Source: Gammaproteobacteria bacterium (GTDB taxonomy: Bacteria; Pseudomonadota; Gammaproteobacteria; Eutrophobiales; Eutrophobiaceae). Taken from it: a stretch of DNA of 64,000 nt. The notes beneath the pieces are model-generated. The model did not search any database and was not told the origin of the DNA. It saw nothing but the letters and a program-made list of their open reading frames with translations. The stretch spans positions 800,001-864,000 of the forward strand of contig CBDEUK010000002.1 of NCBI GenBank assembly GCA_965243205.1, written 5' to 3'. Positions 18,969 to 29,676 of the stretch are shown in pieces. The translations under genes were made by a program, and so were the position numbers. Every line of letters starts with the position of its first letter. The first letter of the stretch is position 1.

Positions 18969-19625
18969 ATGTCCCTTTTTAAACGATTAAGAACCAGTAT
19001 CTACGCTCAACTTGATGAAATGGTGGGCGAGATTGAAAACCATGATGCACTCATCAAAGCGGCTATCACTGAGCAAAAGAAGAAGTTGGTAGCAGCCAAA
19101 TTACAGTTGGATCGCATCAGAGCCAATGAATCGAAATTACAAAAACAAATTCATGAATTAGAAACGAAAGCCAATCAATGGTCTCAACGAGCCATTAAAG
19201 CTGCAGAGGATGATGAGCAACAAGCCTTAAGTTGTATGCAGCGACATGAAGAAGCATTAGCTCAGATTAGTCACTTAAAAGAATCAAAACAGTCCTATCA
19301 AAACACAGCACATAAGATGTCATCTGATATTAAAGCATGTGAAAGTGAACTCAAAATCATGATTCAAAAACACGACATGATGCGAGCTCGACAAAGTACC
19401 GTTGAAGCTAAAGCCGTGATTGTTGAAAATAATGAAAATACTTTAGAAGAATTGGCGACTAGTTTTGATCGATGGGAACTCAAGCTTGCACAAAATGAAA
19501 TTCATCTTGAAACAGTTGATCCAATTGATGATTTTGAACAAACCTACATTGAAGAAGAAAAACGTGATGAGTTAAAACATAAACTTAAAGAATTATTAGA
19601 AAAAAATAAAGGAGAAACATCATGA
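18969..19625 (+). CDS. PspA/IM30 (bacterial ESCRT-III) family protein
   Basis: MSLFKRLR amphipathic N-terminal helix, IENHDAL, W..RA..A...DE..AL, SFDRWE; 218-aa coiled coil; AGGAG RBS. Confidence 0.85.
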   Translation: MSLFKRLRTSIYAQLDEMVGEIENHDALIKAAITEQKKKLVAAKLQLDRIRANESKLQKQIHELETKANQWSQRAIKAAEDDEQQALSCMQRHEEALAQISHLKESKQSYQNTAHKMSSDIKACESELKIMIQKHDMMRARQSTVEAKAVIVENNENTLEELATSFDRWELKLAQNEIHLETVDPIDDFEQTYIEEEKRDELKHKLKELLEKNKGETS

Positions 19626-21028
19626 GTAGCTATCCAGGAACTATAGACTCAGATAATTTTCCTGAGCAAGAAACAAACTCACTAGATGCAGGAGTTGATT
19701 ATCAACACTCCTATACCAACAAATCTGTACAAGATGATAACTCAAAAAAGAATTGGACACTGAGTTTACCAAGTCTGTTACGTGGCATAGGTTCAATTGC
19801 CATTCTAGTTTCACTTTATACGTTTTTGATGAAAGGTTGGGAAGGCAGTAGCGATGTATTTCGTTATCTCATGTTACTTGGACATACTGGTGTCTTATCT
19901 GTTATCGCTTTTGCTAGCGCACGATACTTTAAAGAAGGCAAAGGGCCGCGCTTATTAATCATGCTGTCCTTAATATCTGCTGTGGTAAATTTCGCCATTC
20001 TTGGCGCATTTATTTTTTCTACTACAGCAGATATAAGTCAAATTATAATGCCAGACTATATCGTATGGAGTATGGATGGGTTTTATAACTCTATATTATT
20101 AAGCATTGTATCTATAGCGTTACTTCTACCAATCATAGGTTTTGGGTTCCGTATCCTTGCCAGAGGTATGAGTAGAGAGATGACATTGTTATTTTTAGTC
20201 AGCAATGCATGTTTATTAATCCCTGAACGCAGTCCTGAAATTATGGGTTTAATCGCTGTGGGGTTAGCTTTATTAACCACATTTTTCACTGGCCAATCTG
20301 CACGCAGTCGTATTGAAGCAAAAACATTTGAAGGTAAATTTGTTTTGTTTTTACAATTCTTACCGATCGTAGTGTTATTAGGTCGAAGTTTTTGGTTACA
20401 TTGGTTCTTTCATCAAGAATTAATATTTCTTGCTGCGATATCAACAAGTTTGTTTATTATTTTTCGACAAATTAGTTTGAGTATCACTCCAGGATATATT
20501 ATTCGAGGCCTGTTAGAATTTAGTTCGGCTATTTTATCCATAATAACTGGACTTATCTGTTTAGTGTATTTCATGGACGTTGGTTTAAATGAAGAAGTTG
20601 CATTTATAACAAGCGCATTTATTACTTCTGTTATGTGCTATGAAATTTCATTACGAACTAAGAAAATGAGTAACATTTATCATACGCTTGCAGTTGGTAT
20701 TATTAGTTGGAGTCTTGTCATTAGTTTAATGGAACATGGAACCAGTATCTCAATACTAGCGAATATTGCGACAGGTATTATGTTCCTAGTAATGAGCTAC
20801 AAAGACCAAAGAATATCGCTATTAATAGCTGGATTCATTTTATTAATGATCAGTATTCTTAAACAGAGTATTGAGTTAATGCAGTTTTTTGATTTTGGTT
20901 ATTGGTCGATTCTAGCAATCTCTGGCATTGTAGCAATTGTTTTAGGTTCAGCGCTTGAATCGAAAGGTAAGAATATACTCCAGTATTTAAGCCAACGAAA
21001 AAAAGCATACTCAAATTGGAGTTATTAA
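19622..21028 (+). CDS. Large polytopic membrane protein (~14 TM), coupled to the pspA-like gene
   Basis: ATGA overlap with the upstream gene; acidic N-terminal tail followed by many hydrophobic segments. Confidence 0.8.
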   Translation: MSSYPGTIDSDNFPEQETNSLDAGVDYQHSYTNKSVQDDNSKKNWTLSLPSLLRGIGSIAILVSLYTFLMKGWEGSSDVFRYLMLLGHTGVLSVIAFASARYFKEGKGPRLLIMLSLISAVVNFAILGAFIFSTTADISQIIMPDYIVWSMDGFYNSILLSIVSIALLLPIIGFGFRILARGMSREMTLLFLVSNACLLIPERSPEIMGLIAVGLALLTTFFTGQSARSRIEAKTFEGKFVLFLQFLPIVVLLGRSFWLHWFFHQELIFLAAISTSLFIIFRQISLSITPGYIIRGLLEFSSAILSIITGLICLVYFMDVGLNEEVAFITSAFITSVMCYEISLRTKKMSNIYHTLAVGIISWSLVISLMEHGTSISILANIATGIMFLVMSYKDQRISLLIAGFILLMISILKQSIELMQFFDFGYWSILAISGIVAIVLGSALESKGKNILQYLSQRKKAYSNWSY

Positions 21029-21042
21029 GATAATAATAAATC

Positions 21043-21067
21043 AACGCCCCTTGATTGGGGCGTTTTT
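21043..21067 (+). terminator. Intrinsic terminator
   Basis: AACGCCCC-TTGATT-GGGGCGTT followed by TTT. Confidence 0.8.
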
Positions 21068-21069
21068 AT

Positions 21070-21456
21070 TTATAAGCTTTCTATTAACTGTTTTACTTTT
21101 GTTTCAATATAATCCCTAACTTCCGCAAACTCTTTTTCATCCATGTGTTTAGGATCGGGTATCTGCCAATCTTCTCGATGCATCGCATTAATCATAGGAC
21201 ATTCATCACCACAACCCATAGTGATTGCATATTCGTATTCAATACTAGGAATTTCATCTAATGACTTAGATTCATGCACACTTAAGTCATAACCAACTTC
21301 ACGCATGGATTGAATCGCTTTTGGATTGACAACACCTGAAGGTTTAGAACCACTACTAAAAGCTTTAATAACACCTTGTCCATGCATATTCGCATAGGCT
21401 TCTGCGATTTGGCTACGACAAGAGTTTTCGACACAGACAAATAAGACGTTTTTCAT
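21070..21456 (-). CDS. arsC: Arsenate reductase, thioredoxin-dependent LMW-PTPase fold
   Basis: LFVCVENSCRSQIAE, TMGCGDECP, WQIPDP. Confidence 0.88.
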   Translation of the reverse strand: MKNVLFVCVENSCRSQIAEAYANMHGQGVIKAFSSGSKPSGVVNPKAIQSMREVGYDLSVHESKSLDEIPSIEYEYAITMGCGDECPMINAMHREDWQIPDPKHMDEKEFAEVRDYIETKVKQLIESL

Positions 21457-21468
21457 TTTTATAACTTA

Positions 21469-22938
21469 TTAAATAATTTTTTGATCAAGCAATAAATTCA
21501 CGGTGAAACGAACACCAAAACCAGTTGTATTCGTTGGAACATGTCCTAACCCACCTTTGTTTTCTCCACTCGATAAATCAACATGGATCCAAGGCGTGTC
21601 ATGTTTTACAAATCGTTGTAAGAACCTTGACGCCATAATGTGATCAGCATTACCTTCTAAAGCACATTGTTTTACATCTGCAATGTCACTTTTAATCCCT
21701 TCATCATAATCTTCATCAATAGGAAATGGCCATACACGTTCGCCACTATCACGTCCCGCCTGAATTAAAGTATGAATATAGTCGTCTTGATTAGTAAACA
21801 CACCACTATAAGCCGTACCCAAGGAATAGACACAAGCACCTGTCAATGTTGCATAGTCTATGATCAATCCTGGTTTAGTGTTTGAAGCCATCACTAAAGT
21901 GTCGGATAACACCATGCGTCCTTCAGCATCGGTATGTACCACTTCAATATTCGTTCCATCACAAGCAGTCACAACATCGTTCGGCTTATAGGCTTTAGGG
22001 CCGATATGATTCATGGCAACTGCAAGCCAACATTCCATTGGAAATTTCACATTAAGTTTAGACAAGGTTAAAAACGTACCTAATGCAACAGAACTGCCTT
22101 GCATATCTTCATGCATACCAAACATGTATTTTGCTGGCTTTAGATTCGTTCCTCCAGTGTCGTAACAGATTCCTTTACCAACTAAGATCACTTTTTTACC
22201 TTTTGGTTTAGTTGGTTGATACTTTAAACGAATAATACCTGCATCTGCGACAGGACTACCTTGAGCGACAGCTAAAAAGGCCCCTGCTTTTTTCTTTTTT
22301 AATTCAGGTATGCCGTAAAATTCAAGTTTGAATTTATTTTCTTTGGCAATCACTTTTACACGTTTTAAATATTCACCTGGTGTTAATACGTTAGGCGGTA
22401 ACATACTTAAATGACGCGCAATCTCATTACCTTCAGCTTCAGCTATAGTGCGTTTATAACCATGACGCACTGATAATCCGTATATCTTTGCCGATTTAAT
22501 CGACTTGTGATTCGACTTCTCTTTTTTATACTCAGGCATTTTCGCATTAGAAGTAGCGATAGCAGCAATTAATGCTTCTATTATTCTTTCCGCTTGTTCA
22601 TCATTAAAACCATAAGTACATAGTGCGATCGTAGAAGGTTTGAATTCTAAATGTGAGCTGAGTAACTTACGTGCTACGGTCAGTAATTCAAATTGACTGA
22701 TCGTTTCACTGATATTGGATTGTGTTAAATGGCTGTGTTTTGTATTCGGTAAATCCAATGTAACCACTTGTTGATTATCCGATTTAATATCAAGCTCTTT
22801 TCTACGCGCTTTAAGCGCTGTGTTATACGCAAAATCATTCGCTGTTTTATCTTGATTGATAACGACAATCCAATGCGCATAGCGGTCTACATTAGATTGA
22901 TTAGGAGATTGTTTTGTTTGTTGAATACTTAATGTCAT
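21469..22938 (-). CDS. Leucyl aminopeptidase (M17 family)
   Basis: VGKGICYDTGG, HTDAEGRMVL, ATLTG. Confidence 0.92.
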   Translation of the reverse strand: MTLSIQQTKQSPNQSNVDRYAHWIVVINQDKTANDFAYNTALKARRKELDIKSDNQQVVTLDLPNTKHSHLTQSNISETISQFELLTVARKLLSSHLEFKPSTIALCTYGFNDEQAERIIEALIAAIATSNAKMPEYKKEKSNHKSIKSAKIYGLSVRHGYKRTIAEAEGNEIARHLSMLPPNVLTPGEYLKRVKVIAKENKFKLEFYGIPELKKKKAGAFLAVAQGSPVADAGIIRLKYQPTKPKGKKVILVGKGICYDTGGTNLKPAKYMFGMHEDMQGSSVALGTFLTLSKLNVKFPMECWLAVAMNHIGPKAYKPNDVVTACDGTNIEVVHTDAEGRMVLSDTLVMASNTKPGLIIDYATLTGACVYSLGTAYSGVFTNQDDYIHTLIQAGRDSGERVWPFPIDEDYDEGIKSDIADVKQCALEGNADHIMASRFLQRFVKHDTPWIHVDLSSGENKGGLGHVPTNTTGFGVRFTVNLLLDQKII

Positions 22939-23097
22939 GGCGGCTGTTAATTCCTGAACTATACTATTAATAATAAATACGTTGGCATCATTCGTGCATT
23001 TTGGCTTAAGCGATTTTAATTCGGCTAAAGATTACAGCATTGTATTTTGTATCTTTAACTTTTTCATGCAGTTTATGTCATAGGCGAGTGGAACTAT

Positions 23098-25758
23098 ATG
23101 ACCGAGACAAAACACGATACGGATCCTCAAGAGACCAAAGAATGGCTTGAAGCTCTGGAATCAGTGATAGAAAACGATGGACTGGACCGTGCTCACTATA
23201 TTATTGAGTCATTGGTAAATAACGCACGTAAAGCTGGTGCATATCTGCCCTATTCTGCGAATACAGCTTATATCAATACCATTCCTCCACATAAAGAAGA
23301 ACCTTCTCCTGGTGATGCTGCGATTGAATGGCGAGTACGTTCTTACGTACGTTGGAATGCCATGGCAATGGTCGTTAAAGCCAATCGTATCAGTAGTGAA
23401 CTGGGTGGTCATATTGCCAGTTTTGCATCTTCCGCTACATTATATGATGTCGGCTTTAATCATTTTTTTCATGCACCTGATGAAAATCATGGTGGTGATT
23501 TGTTATACATACAAGGGCATTGCGCACCTGGTATCTATTCCAGAGCATTTTTAACTGGACGACTTAGCGAAGAACAACTCAATAATTTTCGTCAAGAAGT
23601 GGATGGTAATGGTTTAAGTTCCTATCCTCATCCTTGGCTCATGCCTGACTATTGGCAATTTCCTACCGTATCCATGGGGCTTGGGCCACTAATGGCCATC
23701 TATCAAGCTCGCTTCATGCGCTACTTACAACATCGAAACTTGATCGAAGAAAAAGGTAATCGAAAAGTTTGGGCATTCATGGGTGATGGAGAAATGGATG
23801 AACCAGAATCCCTAGGCGCAATTAGCCTAGCCGCAAGAGAAAACTTAGATAATTTAATTTTTGTCATTAACTGTAACTTGCAACGATTAGATGGCCCAGT
23901 TCGCGGTAATGGAAAAATTATTCAAGAATTAGAAGCCGTATTTCGTGGTGCAGGTTGGAACGTTATAAAAGTTGTTTGGGGTTCTTATTGGGATCCATTG
24001 CTAGCACGCGATACCAAAGGTTTATTACAAAAACGTATGGAAGAATGTGTGGATGGTGAATTCCAAGCGTATAAAGCCAAAGATGGCGCTTATGTCAGAG
24101 AACATTTTTTTGGTAAATATCCTGAACTGAAAGCCATGGTCGCCAATATGAGTGACGAAGACATCTGGCGTTTGAATCGTGGTGGTCATGATCCACATAA
24201 AGTCTATGCAGCTTACTCTGCCGCAATGAAACATACTGGCCAACCAACCGTTATATTAGTTAAAACCGTCAAAGGTTATGGGATGGGTGAAGCTGGTGAA
24301 GGACAAAACATCACTCATCAACAAAAGAAATTAGGTGAAGATTCGCTTAAACATTTTCGTGATCGTTTTAATATTCCAATTAGCGATGAAGAAATTAACG
24401 ACGCACCATTTTTTAAACCTGCTGATGACAGTGAAGAGATTCAGTACTTAAAGAAACAACGTGAAAAATTGGGTGGTTACTTTTTTAAAGAAAGAACACC
24501 TCCTACTCAGTTAGCGATCCCAGATATTTCTATCCATAATAAATTATTAGAAGGTACTGGTGAGAGAACCATCTCTACGACGATGGCGTTCGTTAGAATA
24601 CTTAATGCCTTAATCAAAGATAAAGCCATTGGTAAGCACATTGTTCCTATCGTGCCTGATGAAGCGAGAACTTTTGGTATGGAAGGCATGTTCCGTCAAT
24701 TAGGTATCTATTCTTCCATGGGTCAGTTGTACGAACCAATGGATTCTGATCAAGTGATGTATTATCGCGAAGAAAAGGATGGGCAGATATTAGAAGAAGG
24801 TATCAATGAAGCTGGTGCGTTTTCTTCTTGGATTGCTGCTGCTACTGCATATCGTAATCATCATATTCAGATGATCCCTTTTTATATCTATTACTCAATG
24901 TTCGGCTTTCAACGTATTGGCGACTTAGCATGGGCTGCGGGTGACATGCGGGCACGTGGCTTTTTATTAGGCGGAACGGCAGGTCGAACGACGTTAGCTG
25001 GCGAAGGTTTGCAACACCAAGATGGACATGGACATATTTTAGCTTCAACCATACCGAACTGTATTTCTTATGATCCTACATTTGCTTATGAGCTCGCAGT
25101 GATCATTCAAGATGGTTTAAAACGTATGTATGTAGACGAAGAAAGTGTGTTTTATTACATCGCAGTTATGAATGAAAACTACGAACACCCTGCTATGCCT
25201 GAAGGTTGTAAAGAAGGCATTATTAAAGGTATGTATCCGTTTAAACAAGGTGAAGCATCGGATAGAAAAGTTCAGTTACTTGGTAGCGGTACCATTTTGC
25301 GCGAAGTGATTGCCGCAGCTGAATTATTAAAACAAGATTTTGATGTAGATGCTGATATATGGAGTGTTACCAGTTTTAATGAATTACGCCGAGAAGGTTT
25401 GGATATAAATCGTCATAACTTATTGAATCCGAATCAAGAAGCAAAAACATCTTACGTAGAGCAATGTTTAGCGAATACTCAAGGACCTGTTATTGCTGCT
25501 ACGGATTATATGAAAATATACGCTGACCAAATACGAGAATTTATACCTAAAGATTATATTGTATTAGGAACAGACGGTTTTGGTCGCAGTGATACTCGTG
25601 AACAATTACGTAAACATTTTGAAGTAAATCGTTTTTATATTTGTATCGCTGCATTAAAAGCGTTAGTCGATGAAGGAACACTATCAAGTGATATCGTCGA
25701 TAAGGCTATTGCTCAATATGATATTGATCCGAATAAACCGAATCCTGCGATTAGTTAA
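23098..25758 (+). CDS. aceE: Pyruvate dehydrogenase E1
   Basis: D.DPQETKEWL, GGHIASF, GDGEMDEPES, GFGRSDTR. Confidence 0.98.
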   Translation: MTETKHDTDPQETKEWLEALESVIENDGLDRAHYIIESLVNNARKAGAYLPYSANTAYINTIPPHKEEPSPGDAAIEWRVRSYVRWNAMAMVVKANRISSELGGHIASFASSATLYDVGFNHFFHAPDENHGGDLLYIQGHCAPGIYSRAFLTGRLSEEQLNNFRQEVDGNGLSSYPHPWLMPDYWQFPTVSMGLGPLMAIYQARFMRYLQHRNLIEEKGNRKVWAFMGDGEMDEPESLGAISLAARENLDNLIFVINCNLQRLDGPVRGNGKIIQELEAVFRGAGWNVIKVVWGSYWDPLLARDTKGLLQKRMEECVDGEFQAYKAKDGAYVREHFFGKYPELKAMVANMSDEDIWRLNRGGHDPHKVYAAYSAAMKHTGQPTVILVKTVKGYGMGEAGEGQNITHQQKKLGEDSLKHFRDRFNIPISDEEINDAPFFKPADDSEEIQYLKKQREKLGGYFFKERTPPTQLAIPDISIHNKLLEGTGERTISTTMAFVRILNALIKDKAIGKHIVPIVPDEARTFGMEGMFRQLGIYSSMGQLYEPMDSDQVMYYREEKDGQILEEGINEAGAFSSWIAAATAYRNHHIQMIPFYIYYSMFGFQRIGDLAWAAGDMRARGFLLGGTAGRTTLAGEGLQHQDGHGHILASTIPNCISYDPTFAYELAVIIQDGLKRMYVDEESVFYYIAVMNENYEHPAMPEGCKEGIIKGMYPFKQGEASDRKVQLLGSGTILREVIAAAELLKQDFDVDADIWSVTSFNELRREGLDINRHNLLNPNQEAKTSYVEQCLANTQGPVIAATDYMKIYADQIREFIPKDYIVLGTDGFGRSDTREQLRKHFEVNRFYICIAALKALVDEGTLSSDIVDKAIAQYDIDPNKPNPAIS

Positions 25759-25760
25759 TC

Positions 25761-27359
25761 ATGAGTCAAAAAGAAATCTTACTTCCCGACATCGGTGACT
25801 TCGATACAGTTGAAGTGATAGAACTTGCTGTTGACGCAGGTGACCTAGTTGAAAAAGAATCTACTTTAATCACTTTAGAAAGTGATAAAGCTTCTATGGA
25901 TATTCCTTCACCTGTAGCCGGTAAAATTATTGAATTTAAGATTGCTGTCGGTGACATGGTTAGTAAAGATCAATTGATCGCAATTATTGATGAATCTGAT
26001 AGTCAAACATCTGAAACAGAAGTTGAAGCCGCATCTGTTGAAACAAAAGCAACAGAAGAAACAGCCACGGTATCTGAAACTTCTCAACAAGAAATCTTAC
26101 TACCTGATGTTGGTGATTTCGATTCGGTAGAAGTAATAGAACTTGCTTTTTCCGCTGGCGATACAATTGAAAAAGAAGCTACTTTGCTGACTTTAGAAAG
26201 TGATAAAGCTTCGATGGATATTCCATCACCTTATAGTGGTACTTTGCTTGAATTTAAAGTGAATGTTGGTGATATGGTCAGTAAAGATCAACTGATTGCG
26301 ATTATTGAAATACAAGATACAAATACAACTGAAAAGAAAATTGAATCAAAACCTGAGCCTGAACCAGTTGAAACTAAATCTATTGAACAGCAAGTTCCAC
26401 CAAAACCTCCTGAAACACCAAAAACAGCAGAAACTGTTGGCACCAGTCAATCATCAAAAGCCTATACAAGCCCATCTGTTCGACGTTTAGCCAGAGAACT
26501 TGGTGTTGATTTAGGTTTAGTTCGAGGAACTGGACGTAAAAACAGAATTTTAAAAGAAGATGTAAAAGCCTTTACTAAATCTGTGATGTCGAGCGATCGA
26601 GTCTTTGATAAAGGTAGCGGTTTTCAATTACCTGAAATACCACCTGTGGATTTTTCTAAATTCGGTGAAACCGAAAATAAACCACTAACCCGCCTCAAAC
26701 GCATCGCTGGACAAAACTTACATCGTAGTTGGATTACTGTTCCTCATGTTACTCAATTCGATGAAGCCGATATTACTGAGTTAGAAGCTTTTAGAAAATC
26801 CAAACTAAGTGAAGCCGAAAAAGAAGGCGCAAAATTGACCTTAGTAGCCTTTTTATTAAAAGCTGTTGTTGTGTCATTAATAAAATATCCAGAATTTAAT
26901 TCTTCATTAAGTCCTAATGGCGAAGAGTTAATTCTAAAAAAATATTTTAATATCGGCGTTGCTGTTAATACTGACGAAGGCTTAATGGTGCCAGTTGTTA
27001 AAGATGTTGATAAAAAAGGCTTATACGATCTTGCAAAAGAAATTAAAGAGCTTAGTGATAAAGCACGTACAAAATCATTAAAACCAGATCAAATGCAAGG
27101 TGGTTGTTTTACAATCTCTTCTCTAGGAGGCATTGGAGGTACATCTTTTACACCTATCGTTAACACGCCCGAAGTTGCCATATTAGGTATTTCACGTTCA
27201 GTCATGAAACCTGTTTATAAAGATGGTGAATTTATGCCACGTTTAATCATGCCTTTTTCTTTATCGTATGATCATAGAGTTATCGATGGTGTAGCAGGCG
27301 CAATGTTCACTCAATACCTCAGTAAGGTCTTAAGCGATATTCGACATATCTTATTATAG
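25761..27359 (+). CDS. aceF: Dihydrolipoamide acetyltransferase E2 with two lipoyl domains
   Basis: Two LESDKASMDIPSP motifs, SPSVRRLAREL, DHRVIDG. Confidence 0.97.
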   Translation: MSQKEILLPDIGDFDTVEVIELAVDAGDLVEKESTLITLESDKASMDIPSPVAGKIIEFKIAVGDMVSKDQLIAIIDESDSQTSETEVEAASVETKATEETATVSETSQQEILLPDVGDFDSVEVIELAFSAGDTIEKEATLLTLESDKASMDIPSPYSGTLLEFKVNVGDMVSKDQLIAIIEIQDTNTTEKKIESKPEPEPVETKSIEQQVPPKPPETPKTAETVGTSQSSKAYTSPSVRRLARELGVDLGLVRGTGRKNRILKEDVKAFTKSVMSSDRVFDKGSGFQLPEIPPVDFSKFGETENKPLTRLKRIAGQNLHRSWITVPHVTQFDEADITELEAFRKSKLSEAEKEGAKLTLVAFLLKAVVVSLIKYPEFNSSLSPNGEELILKKYFNIGVAVNTDEGLMVPVVKDVDKKGLYDLAKEIKELSDKARTKSLKPDQMQGGCFTISSLGGIGGTSFTPIVNTPEVAILGISRSVMKPVYKDGEFMPRLIMPFSLSYDHRVIDGVAGAMFTQYLSKVLSDIRHILL

Positions 27360-27419
27360 CCATCCTATTACGCTATAAATCTTTGAAGCTTTTTCGGTTG
27401 TTCGGTATATTTTCATTAT

Positions 27420-27836
27420 ATGAATCTATCTCCTATCAAAGCTCGTTTCGCTATAAATGTCATAGAAAATTCTGCCAATAAGATTTTATTAATTAAACGT
27501 TATCCAGGAGCTAAGATGCAGCCTGAACGATGGGGTTTTCCTGCTGGACATATTGAAGAGGGTGAAACACCAGAACAATGTGCTGAACGTGAACGATTAG
27601 AAGAAATAGGCAAGGAACATGATGTGCGTTTAATCAAATATTTTGGTCCAGTGAGAGATACTTTTTATGGTGGAATTTATGAACTGTATTTATTTCATCA
27701 ACAATGGCTAAACGGAAACATTCATCTCAATCATGAACATACTGATTATGCATGGGTCGATCGTGATGAATACAAATCCTATCCTATTATGGATGGTATT
27801 GATGAGGATTTAATTTATTTAAATATTTGGCAATGA
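27420..27836 (+). CDS. NUDIX hydrolase
   Basis: Nudix box GHIEEGETPEQCAERERLEEIG. Confidence 0.9.
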   Translation: MNLSPIKARFAINVIENSANKILLIKRYPGAKMQPERWGFPAGHIEEGETPEQCAERERLEEIGKEHDVRLIKYFGPVRDTFYGGIYELYLFHQQWLNGNIHLNHEHTDYAWVDRDEYKSYPIMDGIDEDLIYLNIWQ

Positions 27837-27842
27837 TTGGGT

Positions 27843-28265
27843 TTAAAGTTCGTCAGTATTAAACTCTTTAATTTGTTCAATAAAATTACTCGCCAAATTC
27901 ACTTTATGATGCTCTTTAAAATTATGCAGGAATTGATTAAATTCTAAAATTCTATCAAAACGTGTTTCTTCCAGAGGTAATAACCGCATAGACCAGTGAG
28001 GGAAATTACGTTTAATTGAAAACTCTTCAAATAATAAAATAATCTTCTCATGCCGTTCATCATTTTTAATGATGGTATAGAGACTTTTTACTTTATTACT
28101 ATCTCCTTCAATCACTTGTATAAAAACACCAAGACCATAAAATAAAACACTGGTAATATCTCTGTCGTGATTGCTTTTACGGCATTTGATTGAGAACTCG
28201 AGTAACTCTGAATCCGTAAACTCATAATTGATTTCACTTAAATAGGCTAATCGAAAAGTATCCAT
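27843..28265 (-). CDS. Standalone BLUF blue-light sensor domain protein
   Basis: Y-L-S, N, FIQVIEG, DERH, R.FPHWSM; Tyr, Gln, Trp and Met conserved. Confidence 0.9.
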   Translation of the reverse strand: MDTFRLAYLSEINYEFTDSELLEFSIKCRKSNHDRDITSVLFYGLGVFIQVIEGDSNKVKSLYTIIKNDERHEKIILLFEEFSIKRNFPHWSMRLLPLEETRFDRILEFNQFLHNFKEHHKVNLASNFIEQIKEFNTDEL

Positions 28266-28337
28266 GTTTAACTATAAAAATCTTATCTTTATAACTAACT
28301 GACAAGTCTAAAACAAAAAGTTTCATACTCAAAATAT

Positions 28338-28802
28338 ATGCAGCATATAAAACACCTTATTTTTTTAACACTGATCACGTTTTCAACATTTAGTAGCGCT
28401 GAATTTCAAATTAAACAACTATGTGAGTCAGATTCAGAAATTGAAGCTAATACAGGTAGAAAACATAAATTTTATGCTGCCATGCTTGCTTTCAATAATG
28501 AACCTCCTCGTTGCCTTAGAAACAACCCTGTTGTTGATAATGCTACTACCTTAGAAGCTGAGTTATCTAATAATGCACAAACCAATGACATCATCGTAAC
28601 AATTGTATTAACTGAGGAAGGTAAGAAATTATTTTCTGATTACACTAATCAAAACACTGAGAGTGAAATAGCATTAGTCGTTGATGACAAGATACTAACC
28701 ATGCTTAATATAATCCAACCAATAAATGATGGCGTTATTCAAATTCATGGGCTTTGGTATGAAGATTCTATCCGCTTAAGTAATGCAATTAATTTAAAAT
28801 AA
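28338..28802 (+). CDS. Secreted protein resembling the SecDF P1 head subdomain
   Basis: Signal peptide; LTEEGKKLFSDYT.QN....IALVVD...I..PI.DG.IQI. Confidence 0.65.
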   Translation: MQHIKHLIFLTLITFSTFSSAEFQIKQLCESDSEIEANTGRKHKFYAAMLAFNNEPPRCLRNNPVVDNATTLEAELSNNAQTNDIIVTIVLTEEGKKLFSDYTNQNTESEIALVVDDKILTMLNIIQPINDGVIQIHGLWYEDSIRLSNAINLK

Positions 28803-28805
28803 CGT

Positions 28806-29591
28806 ATGCCAATTAATTTGTTTACAAAACGTATCGGTAAAGATACTGAAACGACTTTAATCTTCTTGCATGGCTTATTTGGTAATCATCGAAATTTATT
28901 ACCAATAGCAAGAAAGTTTGAAAACCAATTTAATATCGTATTAACTGATTTACGCAATCATGGTCAATCACAGCATAATGATTTAATCGATTACGAATCA
29001 ATGTGTGATGATGTAAATCATCTTATTTCCAATACTCATCAACAACAAGCGATCATTATTGGTCATAGCATGGGTGGTAAAGTTGCTATGTTGCATGCTC
29101 TAAAATACCCCGAAACAACACAGGGTATTTTTATATTGGATATCGCGCCCGTGGATTATTCATTTGATTATCTTTCCGTGATTAAAAACTTACAGAATAT
29201 TGATTTGGCCAAGCTTGGCTCACGCGAACAAGCGGATACTGAATTAGCACTTCATTATAAAAACAAAGACTTCCGACAATTTTTATTACAAAACTTAATT
29301 AGAGTGAACAATCAATTCCAATGGAGATTGAATCTAAATGCAATAAAACAACATCACTCTAGTATTTGTCAGTTTCCAAAAAAGTCTTTTAAGGCCTATA
29401 CAAAACCAACGTATTTTTTGGCTGGTGAAGTATCAGACTATGTAACGAGTAAATATCAAAAACGAATCGAAGAGTTATTCCCGAATTATCTACTTCATCA
29501 TGAACCTAATGCAGGTCACTGGCTGCATGCTGAAAAACCAGAACGGGTTATCTCGCACCTACAGCAATTTTTAAATTCATTTGAACAATAA
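28806..29591 (+). CDS. Alpha/beta hydrolase, YbfF-like esterase
   Basis: HGLFG, DLRNHG, GHSMGG, DIAP, GHWLHAEKP. Confidence 0.9.
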   Translation: MPINLFTKRIGKDTETTLIFLHGLFGNHRNLLPIARKFENQFNIVLTDLRNHGQSQHNDLIDYESMCDDVNHLISNTHQQQAIIIGHSMGGKVAMLHALKYPETTQGIFILDIAPVDYSFDYLSVIKNLQNIDLAKLGSREQADTELALHYKNKDFRQFLLQNLIRVNNQFQWRLNLNAIKQHHSSICQFPKKSFKAYTKPTYFLAGEVSDYVTSKYQKRIEELFPNYLLHHEPNAGHWLHAEKPERVISHLQQFLNSFEQ

Positions 29592-29676
29592 AAAAACCTG
29601 CTTTCGCTTCACCCAAAAGAGCAATATCGCTACAATGCCGACCAATTTCCAATGAATAGATAAAAACTATAACCCC

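Noticed and set aside
25761-26310. Direct DNA repeat of ~220 bp inside aceF
   Set aside because: Two tandem lipoyl domains, normal for E2.
27359-27420. No lpdA after aceEF
   Set aside because: lpdA is often encoded elsewhere; not informative from one window.
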